DNA from: Tubulanus polymorphus
Lineage: Eukaryota > Animalia > Nemertea
DNA: 64,000 nt
Assembly: GCF_964204645.1 (NCBI RefSeq)
Contig: NC_134035.1
Coordinates: forward strand, 6,657,101 to 6,721,100
Direction of reading: 5' to 3'
Shown: in pieces, positions 9,801 through 21,500 of the stretch
Layout of the letters: the number at the start of each line of letters is the position of its first letter
How positions within the stretch are numbered: position 1 is the first letter of the stretch
The notes under the pieces: model-generated
Seen by the model: the letters and a program-made list of their open reading frames with translations, nothing else
Databases searched by the model: none
What the model was told of the DNA's origin: nothing
Program-made: the position numbers and the translations under genes

Positions 9801-12750
9801 TAACTTTATATTCATGAATCTACAGGCTATATGCGATCAACTCAACAGGAACCTTTTTGAATATCTACCTCGTCGATTTCGGCTCGCCCTCCAAGAACTA
9901 CGGAAGTTAAAGACTATTAAAATATCTAAGGCTGATAAAGGTGGCAAAATTGTGATTTTATATCTGGATAATTATAATGTTAAAATGCAATCTCTCTTGG
10001 ATAATCCTGGTGTTTATAAGAAACTTAAATCGAATCCTCTTCCTCGTATGCGAGCTAATTTCAACAGAAGTCTTTCGGATATTATTAAACGTTTCCCCTC
10101 CGCTAAAGAAACTCTGAATAAGTTCCATTCACGTCTTCCCTCTTTACCATATATCTATGGATTGCCTAAAATTCATAAAGATAATGTTCCACTGCGCCCT
10201 ATAGTCTCCAATTGTAATTCTCCTACATACCGGTTATCTAAATTTCTCGCGAAACAATTATCTCCGGTGCTCGGTTCGTTCTCTCCGTCGCACCTTCGCC
10301 ATAATCAACACTTACTTGAACGTATTAAGAATATTATCCCTGGCAACGACAAATTTATATCATTTGATGTTACTTCCCTTTTTACCAATGTTCCTCTTGG
10401 ACCTACTCTTGATTTCTTAAAACGCAGATTACCATCACTTAACATTAACTTCGGCATTCCTACGGATTGTATCATCGACCTTATCTCTATTTGTACGACG
10501 GACTCCTTTTTTGAATTCAACAATTGTTTTTACGAACAGACATTCGGTATCGCTATGGGAAATCCTCTTAGTCCTATTCTAGCTAATTTATTCCTAGAAC
10601 ATGTTGAATCTGAAATATTGCCTCTTTACACTGATATTCACCCTAAAATCTGGCTCAGATATGTTGACGATGTTCTGGCTTTGGTTCCCTTTGACTTCAA
10701 TGTTGATAACTTTCTTATATATTTAAACTCCCTTTACCCGTCTCTGGCCTTTACGTATGAATGGGGATCTAATAGTAAAATACCTTTTCTGGATGTTTTG
10801 ATTTTTAACTGTGGATCCTTTTTGAAATTCGCGGTTTATAGGAAACCTACCAACGCTGAATCCTACCTCCATTACTTCTCTTTTACTTCTCCGGATATTA
10901 AACTCGGTTTAGCTCAAGGATTATTTCTTCGCGCTTTGAGAATTTGCGACCCCTCATTTCTACCCGATGAAATTCACCATATTAACCAATCTCTCAAAAA
11001 ACTTGCCTACCCCGATTTCCTATTGAAAAAAGCTCTACTTAAAGCTCGTACTACGCATTTTAGAAATAACAACCTTAGAACTCCGACGTTGGCTACCGAT
11101 AAACAGCCTATCATTGTACCGTATGTACCTTTCCTCGAGAATTCTAAAGTTTCTCTTCGGTCACTAAATAAACAACTTATCTTTAAATACAATAATAAAC
11201 TTAGTAACATATTGATTAACAACAAACCGAAAACCGAATCCCTAAACTGTGGAATTTATAAAATACCTTGTAAAGTTTGCGACAAAGTATATATAGGAGA
11301 AACAGGTCGGAATCTTAATCAACGCATAAAAGAGCATAAATTAGATGTAAAAAACTTTAAACCTGAAAGCGGAGTTGCTAGTCATGTTTTTCAGACTTCA
11401 CACAATTTTGATTTTGCTAATGCTGAATTAGTTTACCCTTGCAGCGATAAAACTAGAAGACATATTTTGGAATCTGCATTAATTATTGAAAATTCCAACA
11501 ACGTTGTAAACCTTAACAATGGTTTTTCACCCCATAATAAACTTATATCAAAATTCCTCTGTAAACTGGTTAAACTCAACACTTGATTTCCCCTTTGATT
11601 ATTTGTTATTTGTTCTCTCATCAATTTCGTCTCTGACTTAACTTGTATTCACCTTTGTTTTAATTTAAGTGCCCCTTAGTTTGTCTTTCTTTTTACTACT
11701 GACTTTAAGTTTCATTTATATTTATACTCACTATTGTTGTTTATAATCACCCCTTAGTTTGCTTCCCTTTAATCTATTTTAGCGTGTAACTGTTTCTACG
11801 TTAATTTTCCTTTAGTTTGTATCATCTCTGATTACTTGAATTAGTCTCTTTGTCTCTGGATTGTATATATATATCTCATAATTTCTGTAGTATCTCATTA
11901 TTCCTGAAGATGACTATTAGGATATAGTCGAAACGTTGAAATGAACTACTATCTCGAAGTTTCATCTTCGGACTTTTTATTATCATTGTGGGATTCTCTC
12001 CTCGTCCCTTAACAGCTGCTGCATGTTTTGTTTTGACTTTGATGAAGGGAAAATCCATATTTCTTAAAAAATGGATAAAGGCACCTCAAAAAATAAAGTG
12101 GGAACAGTCCCCCTGGTCCCCGAGCTGGTCCCCACCCACTCTCCACGGGCATGAGCATACTGCCTAATTTTTGAATGGTCTGACCAAATTCCATGGCCAA
12201 TGAATCGAAAAGTCTGGACCTAGTTCTAACTCTTACTAACGACTGTGGGACTGGATACTGGCGTTGTGAGCCATAAAATCACCCGTGGTTTTACAGGTAC
12301 AACACGAAATATAAAAAACTATCCTACCGAAATGTCCAATATTGTTCCGTACGGTATTCTCCTATTTTGAGTCAAATTCTGATCAAAATTTGATTTCTGA
12401 TTCTGATCCAAATTGATTGTTTTATTTTTCAGTCACGAGCATCTCAACAACACGCTCGAGCTGAAAACGCACACATACGGGAACAGGCTGCCGCTGCTGG
12501 TACGATGCACCATCACCCACCCCACCATCAATTTGGACAGCATGGTCACCATAAGCACCACCACCCAGTACCACCGTGTAACTCCCCATCAGCACCTCCC
12601 TTCTACCCAACCGGACAGGTACCACCGCCCGCCGCAGGATATCCTCCTCCGCCTTCTGGTGGCTATCCGGGTTATCCACCTGCTCCGGGCTATCCACCTG
12701 CTGCAGGATATCCACCTGCAGCAGGATATCCTGGATATCCGAGATACTAG
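6896..12750 (+). CDS. His-rich, Pro/Gly/Tyr-rich orphan protein (164 aa, 3 exons)
   Basis: Exons 6896-6976, 7797-7892 and 12433-12750 are joined by phase-0 GT-AG introns into one frame: MYPHHNHHHHHHHHDSYLAHQANRAHR/EEEKAERKEARLHDKAVNAALHGHFLKAVNLE/SRASQQHARAENAH...GYPPAAGYPGYPRY. TATA-like TATTTAAA at about 6822. Confidence 0.75.
8812..8858 (-). ncRNA. Minimal hammerhead ribozyme in the inverted pLTR
   Basis: Exact reverse complement of 9038-9084. Confidence 0.75.
9038..9084 (+). ncRNA. Minimal type I hammerhead ribozyme in the 5' pLTR
   Basis: CTGAAGA (9044-9050), stem II GACTAT/ATAGTC, GAAA (9070-9073), palindromic helix III AACGTT, and helix I TTATT/AATAA. Confidence 0.8.
9184..11586 (+). 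CDS. PLE reverse transcriptase + GIY-YIG endonuclease (about 800 aa)
   Basis: RT motifs KADKG, YGLPKIHK, LRPIVS, SFDVTSLFTNVP, GIAMGNPLSP, RYVDD, PFLDV and VYRKPT. GIYKIPCKVCDKVYIGETGR with downstream His residues (CCHH). First ATG at 9184; the track starts at GTG 9178. Confidence 0.95.
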   Translation: MLPTDRNIVLKFFFFTFPYLVASFRNYEKCYIKSRTAKSKVKFLQECYAEKVVPRSLSWIWKYDSSSAFPPGANKQLKFAIDRAKEDCNYQFYKFRQSQNYLKSHVPDLFLWKSLSTIVQGSGKYHQHRKSVDLTNQLNKLIDSSPWTRFSNTENIVNLSSTTLSSTQCQLLGYGLNFSLPHQDKHVLDFVTQLEYRKSSPNSLDYNFIFMNLQAICDQLNRNLFEYLPRRFRLALQELRKLKTIKISKADKGGKIVILYLDNYNVKMQSLLDNPGVYKKLKSNPLPRMRANFNRSLSDIIKRFPSAKETLNKFHSRLPSLPYIYGLPKIHKDNVPLRPIVSNCNSPTYRLSKFLAKQLSPVLGSFSPSHLRHNQHLLERIKNIIPGNDKFISFDVTSLFTNVPLGPTLDFLKRRLPSLNINFGIPTDCIIDLISICTTDSFFEFNNCFYEQTFGIAMGNPLSPILANLFLEHVESEILPLYTDIHPKIWLRYVDDVLALVPFDFNVDNFLIYLNSLYPSLAFTYEWGSNSKIPFLDVLIFNCGSFLKFAVYRKPTNAESYLHYFSFTSPDIKLGLAQGLFLRALRICDPSFLPDEIHHINQSLKKLAYPDFLLKKALLKARTTHFRNNNLRTPTLATDKQPIIVPYVPFLENSKVSLRSLNKQLIFKYNNKLSNILINNKPKTESLNCGIYKIPCKVCDKVYIGETGRNLNQRIKEHKLDVKNFKPESGVASHVFQTSHNFDFANAELVYPCSDKTRRHILESALIIENSNNVVNLNNGFSPHNKLISKFLCKLVKLNT
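11898..11944 (+). ncRNA. Minimal hammerhead ribozyme in the 3' pLTR
   Basis: Same core as 9038-9084, with one change in the 3' helix I arm (AATAAA>AATGAA). Confidence 0.75.
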
Positions 12751-13887
12751 TTTAATCATTTCAACGATGAAGATTATGTTCTTCAATGACTTCGATTAAT
12801 TACTGAAAGACGTTTGATATCGACCAGTGTTTTACTGATATTTTGAAGTCATAATACCAGCATGATTTTATGTCGAGTGGATGGATTTTCTAGGTAGGGT
12901 CCTGGGAGACATATTTGTAAAAACAATTTTTTTCTATAAATGTGAATAGTAAAAAGGACATTTCGCATGTTTCATTGTTTAGCAAGGAGTATTTTTATCT
13001 GTGACAGTGGATTGTGTTTTTATATTTCAAAATCGTAATCGATGTTTTCCCGGGTCATTTGTGGCTAAGAAAACATATCTGTAGATTTTTCCTATGTCCC
13101 TTAATGGATCTAACCCTTAGTCTTTGTCACTTTTACCCGGATATAGTTTTGGCAGCTCAAGTAGGGTGTCTTGTTTGTTGAGTATTTCGTATGTCCAAGG
13201 AACTGGCACTATTTTTTAATAAGTGATGTAATAGCTATATAAACAACTCTCAACTCACCTGCCATCGCAACTAGTTTAGTTCTCATCAGGTAATTAGTGT
13301 CTTAATATGTCATTAAGATTTGGATGAACCAATCGCTAGAAGTTTTGGTCACTAATTTCTTGATGGGAGTGTCTTAATCAACTTGGTTTTGGGCAGTACA
13401 GATTTGATCACTCTGTGCCTGCTTTCCATTTTTCATAGTTAAATCTTGTATATGTTTTGGCACAAATGTGTACCTTGGCTTAGCTGAGAAATCAGACCTT
13501 TAAGTATGTAAATTAGGTACTGAGAGTCAATTTTTATAGATTAGGTATCTAATCTAAAATCACGGCTAATGATTAATTGTTTGTAGAAATAGGCATGGGC
13601 TTTATATTAAGTATGTAAAAGAAAAGTCATTCTATGGCAATCTCAATTACGATTTGATGTAATATGACTAATCAAGAAATATAATATTCAATTCGATTCT
13701 GTGTATACTTTTTACAAATTATTATAACACTCTGTGCAGACTTTCCATTTGATTGAGACGTTTAATAAACCAGTATCAATAGTCAATTAATTCAATCGTT
13801 CGAATTTTCAGTTTTGCGAAATTAGCAACACCCAAAAAGTTGCGTTGCTAAAATTGTATCAAAACGTATTACAATGGAAACTCTTTA

Positions 13888-14020
13888 CAGCGAACTCGGA
13901 TACAACGATTGATCGGATAAAACAAATATAGAACTAACTTCATACTGGATATAACGAACTATCGGTTATAATGAACAGATTTTCCGGTCCCGTGAAATTC
14001 GTTGTAGCCAGGTTCCACTG
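13888..14020. mobile_element. Tc1/pogo-type MITE
   Basis: TA|CAGCGAACTCGGATACAACGA ... TCGTTGTAGCCAGGTTCCACTG|TA. A related copy lies at 30553-30703. Confidence 0.6.
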
Positions 14021-15901
14021 TAGTTGTGTCATGTAATGTATATATTTGTATATATTTCTCTCCATTCAACTATTTCAATTTTGCTTGTATAGAATATGAA
14101 CAACAAATAAATGATTTGTGTAAATCATTCGTCGCTTTTTGTTATTGTTCGAGGTAAACTTCTAAACATTACCATTTTAGATAAGTTTGAATGAAGCCAA
14201 ATGTAGCAGAATAAGTCGAGTACGTTTCGGTGTCGTGCATTCATATTCAGTTCCGTACAAAGAAGTTTCACGTGCGATCAAATTCTTTTGTCTCTGGTAT
14301 ACCGTTGTTTCCTGGATATGTGTGTGAAAATGGTTAAGTAGAAAACTAGTAAAACGTACGTATCTAAGACGGGCAGAACTCGCACACGTTCTGGCATAAA
14401 GAATAGTTTAAAAACCATTACATATACAAAATCTGAAATATCAAAAGTGAAATTTATTATTCAAGAATCGAAAATAAAATTCGCAACGTTTCAGACTGTC
14501 TCTCTAGAGACCATGCGTCCGAAATGTTGCGTCTTGATTTCCCTCAAAATATATTGTTCTGCACAAAAATTAGGATTTCCCGCTCACTCGTCTTAGGCAA
14601 CAATGGCAATACGTACCCGACCGGTACATCTACGAAGTATTCCAAGTATACTCTACATCAAAACGACTGATTCAGTCATTCATTCTTAATGGATTTATAA
14701 AAAATGAAATTATCATTATTCAAATATCCGATTTGCTATTCATATTTCTCTAACACATTCGGGTAAATACACTGCACATGCATCGCTCTCTCATCAGCTC
14801 AGATTGAGCGTTCTCGGCGCTTTATTAAAAAACGCAACCATATACACGTCGACGCATCATCGTGTTCGCAGAGCATCGGATGAACCACAACCTCGGAAAA
14901 AGTATCACTGAAAGTCTCAGACGGTATCTTATTCGCATTTGAGTAAGATTTTGTGAAATATTGTAAGTATACAACTTTTAATAGAATTATTTTCTTATTC
15001 TTGGTGAACTACTTTACTTAATCGAATGCAAAAATTGTCCAAGGGAAATGCTGGAGTTCGTAATTTTGTCTCACCGCATAATGATGACATCGACCCTATC
15101 GAATATTTGAAAACATATGTGTAACAGCCCTTGTGGAAAAGCAAACAGACTATAATCAAAGGGCTTCTTCAAAATATACATTTATTGCTTGAAAGGAATT
15201 CCTGAGCCGATATAACAAAGATTCTACGTACGTATAGTTTTAAAACTTTCTACGTCTTTAATATGAGGAAAAGCTTGTGTAACTTATGCAAAATCTTTAT
15301 TTCATTAGTACATGATAATTCATTGAGATATCAATAAGTAATTTAAGGGAATGTTACGTGGGGCTGTGCGTTATATGATCTTACATCAGACAATTAGTAC
15401 GTTAGGTATATACAAGGACGGATATAGGAAAGTCGGAAGGCTTGGGCCCAGAAGAAAAATGGCATTACTCGGATGTCAAATGCCTCTCTCGGGGTTCCGT
15501 GCTCGTTTTTAGATATATTTTTGAATAAATACACCCGACAATTTCCAGATGACTGTCAAATTTACGGGTTCTAACGCTCGCTGTCTTGACGAAAGGGCGG
15601 GGTGGGAGAGAGTGAGAGACAGCGAGAGACAGTGAGAAAGAGTATATTTTATGTTTATTTCGAGTCGGGGTTCCTTACGTATTTGAAGCTATACACGCAA
15701 ACATACATAGAACAAATACCTCTCTGAAAAGAAACTACTGACGAAAAGAAGGATAAGAGATTTACCGAGTTATAAATAATACATTACATCGCCAGGTTAT
15801 ACGGGAACTTTTTTTATTCCTGCTATGTTTAGTACGCGTTTAGCATGCCTGCAATCTATTTATCTCTTCTACACCGGGCCGTCGGGCCGTACATATCTCG
15901 A

Positions 15902-15904
<3 letters not shown>

Positions 15905-15982
<78 letters not shown>
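15905..15982. repeat. (TA)n microsatellite
   Basis: Read directly from the sequence. Confidence 0.95.
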
Positions 15983-15987
<5 letters not shown>

Positions 15988-16034
15988 AAATATATGTATG
16001 TAGTCCAGCGATGTAGGACTAATTATTCTAATTG

Positions 16035-16480
<446 letters not shown>

Positions 16481-16895
16481 GCCAGGTTCAGAAAGTTAAT
16501 CTTTGCTCATTTCATTTGTTGCTTTTATGTGATATTGGACCTACATGTTAAACAAATACACTACAATCAAATATTCTTACATTCAATCATTCTATATTCT
16601 ATTTCAAATCTAGCTTCAAATCTAGCTTGAATAGAAATGAATCTGCAATGAGTTTAGGGTATATTTCTGCATAAAGAAATAAAAGTGTAACACTCATTGG
16701 CTTCCCAGTTTCTGAGTTAGGATTTTATTCCAAGGTATAATCCATAACCAATACAGTCAAACTACAACCTCACTCTTTTGGAATAAGGTCTTGCACCATT
16801 ACCAGAAGATCAATTTTAAAGAGGAGATATCTTATTTTTGACATTTCTATCTTTTTAGATCAATAGCATAAATCGGTTTTACGTTAGTGTTGAAG

Positions 16896-17336
16896 ATGAG
16901 TTCACCACCGCCGGCATACGTGGTCACGGTCCAACCACCAGGCACTAAGGAAAGCCCGCCTTTGTTGAGGGTATCTCGAATCAAGATATGTGGCATCATC
17001 TTGTGCATTTGTGGCTCGATATTGGTCATTACGACGATCATCCAACTGATCAGATACGGCCGAGGAAGTGGCTACGGCTTTTGGGGTGGCGCGCTGTTCA
17101 TTTCCACTGGCGTTGTAGCCATTTTCACAGCGATAAAACTGAAGAGACCGCTTCAAATAACGTCTCTGGTGCTTGGCATTATTTCCGCCATACTCGGCGG
17201 TATATGTCTAATTCTTTCCATCATCGCCTGTTTTATAACTCTGGCTGCCCTGCTCGATGTGGCTCTCAACATAACAATCGTAGTATCCAGCATCCTGCTC
17301 GCTACCTGCTTTTGCGATTGCTGTTATGTGAAGTAG
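16896..17336 (+). CDS. CD20/MS4A-like four-pass membrane protein (146 aa, single coding exon)
   Basis: Hydrophobic helices, GYGFWGGALFISTGVVAI, and a C-terminal FCDCCY. Acceptor ctttttag at 16858 upstream of the ATG. AATAAA at about 17343 and 17565. Confidence 0.75.
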   Translation: MSSPPPAYVVTVQPPGTKESPPLLRVSRIKICGIILCICGSILVITTIIQLIRYGRGSGYGFWGGALFISTGVVAIFTAIKLKRPLQITSLVLGIISAILGGICLILSIIACFITLAALLDVALNITIVVSSILLATCFCDCCYVK

Positions 17337-18504
17337 GTGGCGAATAAATCGAATGAAAAATATTTATGAAATTTTACGCTTTAATAAGTTTAAGCTTATA
17401 TCTAAGTTATGTCGAATTTAGTCACTTTCAATTGAACAAGAAAAAGTGAACGCTTATTGTATTTACTTAGAAAAAGACAAATATCGTAGAACTACGCATT
17501 ACGCATTAACATGATAAATATAGTAGAAATATTATATACGAGTTATTCATGGTTTAATCTAGTGAATAAAATATATAATTCATTGTTGAAAAAAAATCGC
17601 TGAAAAACGTGGAAAAATTGTTCTGAATTGCTATCAAATATAAATATATACTATATACTTTATACAATGTGCTTGGAAATCTGTGTTACTTTCTCTGTTT
17701 GGGTATAGTATCTAACGAGAGTCTTTATTCGTCTGTCGATAACTCGTTGCGAGGAACGGTCTCGATGGTTAAAACTCGAATCTGACTTTACTTAACTATA
17801 CTTTATCAACACATGACTCAAACAGACAGAAACATCAATACAATCAAGGAACACAACAGAAATATAACTTTAAAGAGTTTCTGCAAATTGGCATAAGTTC
17901 AGTGAGTTCGTATCGTTATGTGGTAGCAATAAAAGATTTTCATGGAAAGTGGACCAACCGGTCACTGATATCTCATTTCCCCTATGAAGAAAAGAGTCAC
18001 AAAATAGCGCATGAGATTCACTTTCTACTCGGAAGCTACTACGTGACCGACGATACCTATATATAGATTTTTGATTTGTTCCCAGGCTTATAGGAAGTTA
18101 CGGACGAACTCAGTCAGAACGACGGCCGCGGGGAGTGCAACCGGCCGCGTTTCCGACGAGTTTACCTTGGATCCCGAAGGGGCCCAGGTTACCTTCCCAC
18201 TGCCTATTCGCTACCAGGTTACCGACGATACTGAAGATACCAAGGATACCTGTCCAACTGCCAATGAGCTACATTCGAGCTACCGACACGACGGCATCCG
18301 ACCGCACAGGTGAAGTTTAAAACGACGGAGCGCTCCTATTGTCGAACGTTGATTTGTCTATCGTTTTGTGGCGCCCTCGCAAAAAGACGTCATCTTGAAT
18401 CCGTGTCGTACTACACCGACACTGAACCTAAATTACACTGGCTCATAGCCCGGGGTTAATTGAATTAGTTCTACTGTCCTTCACCAGGTGGCATCAGAGT
18501 CAAT

Positions 18505-21500
18505 ATGGCGAGCATTCGTAGAAGGGGTAGTTTTGCTCGGACCCTAAAAACTCTCGATCCGGAACTGGATGACTATTTTCCAGATAGCGGACGACTTGCT
18601 TCTCAACAGAACAGATGGGTGTGTGAAGTTGCGTGGGAAGTAGCAAACAAAGGTGAGCGACTCGTGGATAGTTTTTCGAACCGTCAGCGTCAGTGTCAGT
18701 GTCAGTGTGTCGACTGACTGTCGAAAACACTAGCCTCCTAGACCTACTAGTTGTGAAGTAGCCTGGGCAAAAACCGTAAAGTTTCCCAAGTCTCTGTTTA
18801 TAACGCATGCGCAGGTAAAAGTGCAGATCCGCACCTCTCCGCGTAAACGGTTCAATCAATTACGTTAAATATCATTGCTTCAGATTCAAAATGTCATCAG
18901 CAATTCAGTACATTGCCATTGGTTAATTTTAAGATATCTTTACTAGAGAGTAGAAAGATTTTGCCAGGATTCTTGCATTCAGCAGATTGCGTCAATCACG
19001 AGAGGTGCGGATCTGCACTTTTACCGCATTCGCATTATGAAGTGTTGGGGAAATCCTATAAGTCCAGAAATTGGTCGCGTGCGCATGCGTCGCTACATGT
19101 GTATTTTTTCCTAAACTGGGGGTCATGTCAGAACGCTGAAACATAGAACTATAACGGAATGAACCTGCGTGAACTTTTGCGCAGCGGGAAGGCGCAGTTT
19201 GGTTGGTCACTTTAGAGGATCATTTGTATTTTTGGGGATTACAGGTGTTCAAGTGGTCTTGCCATCGAAGATAGGCCTATATATCGGTATAGTAAAAAGG
19301 ATCACAGGCACTCGCCGATGGGCTTGGGATACAGTTGCTGGGGTTTTTGATAGTGTATCTGTGTTTTGAGTGGTTATTCTGCAATAAATCCGAGAAAATC
19401 CGTCTTGATACTGATGCGTTTAAAAAGATAATGGCCGCTGGCTCCACACACGGCGACCTCACAAAATACTGAACAAACTTTGTTTTTCAATCTAAAATCA
19501 AAACTTTTATTTTGTATGACACTTTCTAGTGATGACAGTTATATATCCTATTATTTCATCCGACTGTGAGACACTGTCAATTTGTGAAACGTCTTAAGTA
19601 ATATAAAAGAAAAGGTAGGCCTAGTTGACGAAGCGTGAGCGTAGGCCTATAGGAAAAACTTTACAGGCGTTGAGATGGCAACACTAGTTCACCAAACGTC
19701 GTTCAACCACTGAGTGACGTCATAACGTAATCCCGCTTTATTTGAATATAGAAGGGGAATACTTGTAGCAGGTGCCCGTGTGACCTAGTGTTGCTGTCTC
19801 AACGCCTGTAAAGTTTCGGATTTTTATCAGATTTATTGCAGAATAACCACTCAAAATACAGATACACTATCAAAAACCCCAGCAACTGTAACCCAAGCCC
19901 ATCGGGGAGTGCCTGTGAAAGGATGAATGTATTTTTCTGCTACACATTCTGGATTCGAACCTAATAGCACTTAAAAGTAAATCCAGGGGCTATCAAAGTT
20001 CATTATTTCATATTCGGGATACTGTAACTGTTATACTCGGCAAACAATAACCCAACGACACTTTAATCATCAAAGTTTATGTCGTAACGCTTGAAATACG
20101 AGCAGTAATTTTCGGGTTTCGAACCTGATAGCACCGCTTATAAGATGATCAGCGTAAATAAGATCAATATTTTTATGGGATTCGAACCTAATGGAAACTA
20201 CTGGAATAATGTGCTTGAAGAGGATAAATCCGTTGTATTCGTTACAGTTGTGGAATGTGAATCATGCCACATTAACCGGAAGTGCAAGGACCAATAATAT
20301 CTGTGAATCTTGGAATTGTAAATATTTTAACATGGTGGGACATCGTCATCCCTCAATTTGGAGAACCATAAATGCATTTCAAATGGACAATGCTTCTGTG
20401 TCTGCATTGATTGCCCTTGACAACGTTGGGCAACGCCCAGTGAAACGTGTTCGTAAGAAATTTGTGGACTTGCAAGAACGGCTAAAAATCTATGTCAGGA
20501 TGTTGATAATGGACAAAAACGTGTTCCACAGTTTTTGAGAGGCATTTCACACAATATGCGCCTCTTGTGTTAATTCGTGAGATCTTCCAGTTAAATCTTG
20601 AGATCCGTCCTGTCTGTCTGAAATTAGTTTATAATAGATGCTATACTGAAAAGAAAATGTGCTGATTTGTGATTATATATCGTTTTTTCCAAGTTTGTAT
20701 ATATTTCTAAGTGTTTAGAATGATTAATGTATGTGAGACAGAATTGTACTGAATGAAACTGTAAATAATAGAATATTATTAGAAGTTTATAATAGAAAAT
20801 TGAGTATACGTAATTCTTATCTCATTATTTTTTTTTTAGTTTTCCTTCTGATTAATCCACTTCATGTCTTATCCCGGGTTTCCTTATGGTTTTTCCTGTC
20901 TATCATTTCATTCTCTAACCTCTAGTACTTATGATTTACGAGACATTAAGGGATTATTCTTGGCCATATTTGTCATTCTCTTTGAAAATACATAAATGGA
21001 TAAGCAGGGGCAGGCAGATCTAGAGGGTCCGGACCCCTCCCTTCATGTGTAGGTAGCCCTTGAATTTTCAGCATAAAAAATTATCGTCTCATATGTTTAC
21101 TTTTTTCTACTACTGTATAGTAAAAAATAATAGCTTGCCCCTGGTTATCCTTTTGGACCCTGATAAGGTTTTTTGCTATAAACAAATAAAGCTGGCATCC
21201 GTGAGTAGATGAGCTGAACTTGAAATTAACTCATTGCTATGGTTAAATAAACACTGATTAACTAATTACAACCTAATCACCTTTGATCAAAGCATATCAT
21301 AATTAGTCTAATCCTCTAGATCAAAGACCAATCTGTATTCATTCATTAGCCTCTACTGACCTATACTATTAGTGAATTTGTCAAATAAAATCAGGCCCTA
21401 TATAGGGCATATAGGTCATATTCTATTAACATATACATATTTCTACAGTATTCTGTACTGTATAGTAAAAAATAGAATAATCTATAGTATAAAATAAAAA

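Larger units (their letters stand above)
8716..12003 (+). mobile_element. Penelope-like retroelement (Penelope/Poseidon type), apparently intact
   Basis: 14-bp TSD GTCCCTTAACAGCT (8702-8715 and 12004-12017). Direct pLTRs at 8915-9143 and 11773-12003, an inverted pLTR copy at 8716-8915, and one uninterrupted RT + GIY-YIG ORF. Confidence 0.95.

Noticed and set aside
10305-12058. Minus-strand ORFs within the Penelope element
   Set aside because: Short antisense shadows without motifs.
17682-17813. Possible solo LTR (TG...CA)
   Set aside because: No TSD, primer-binding site or second copy seen.
18071-18313. 80-aa ORF upstream of glycogen synthase
   Set aside because: Non-ATG start, no motif, and out of frame with glycogen synthase if spliced at the obvious sites.
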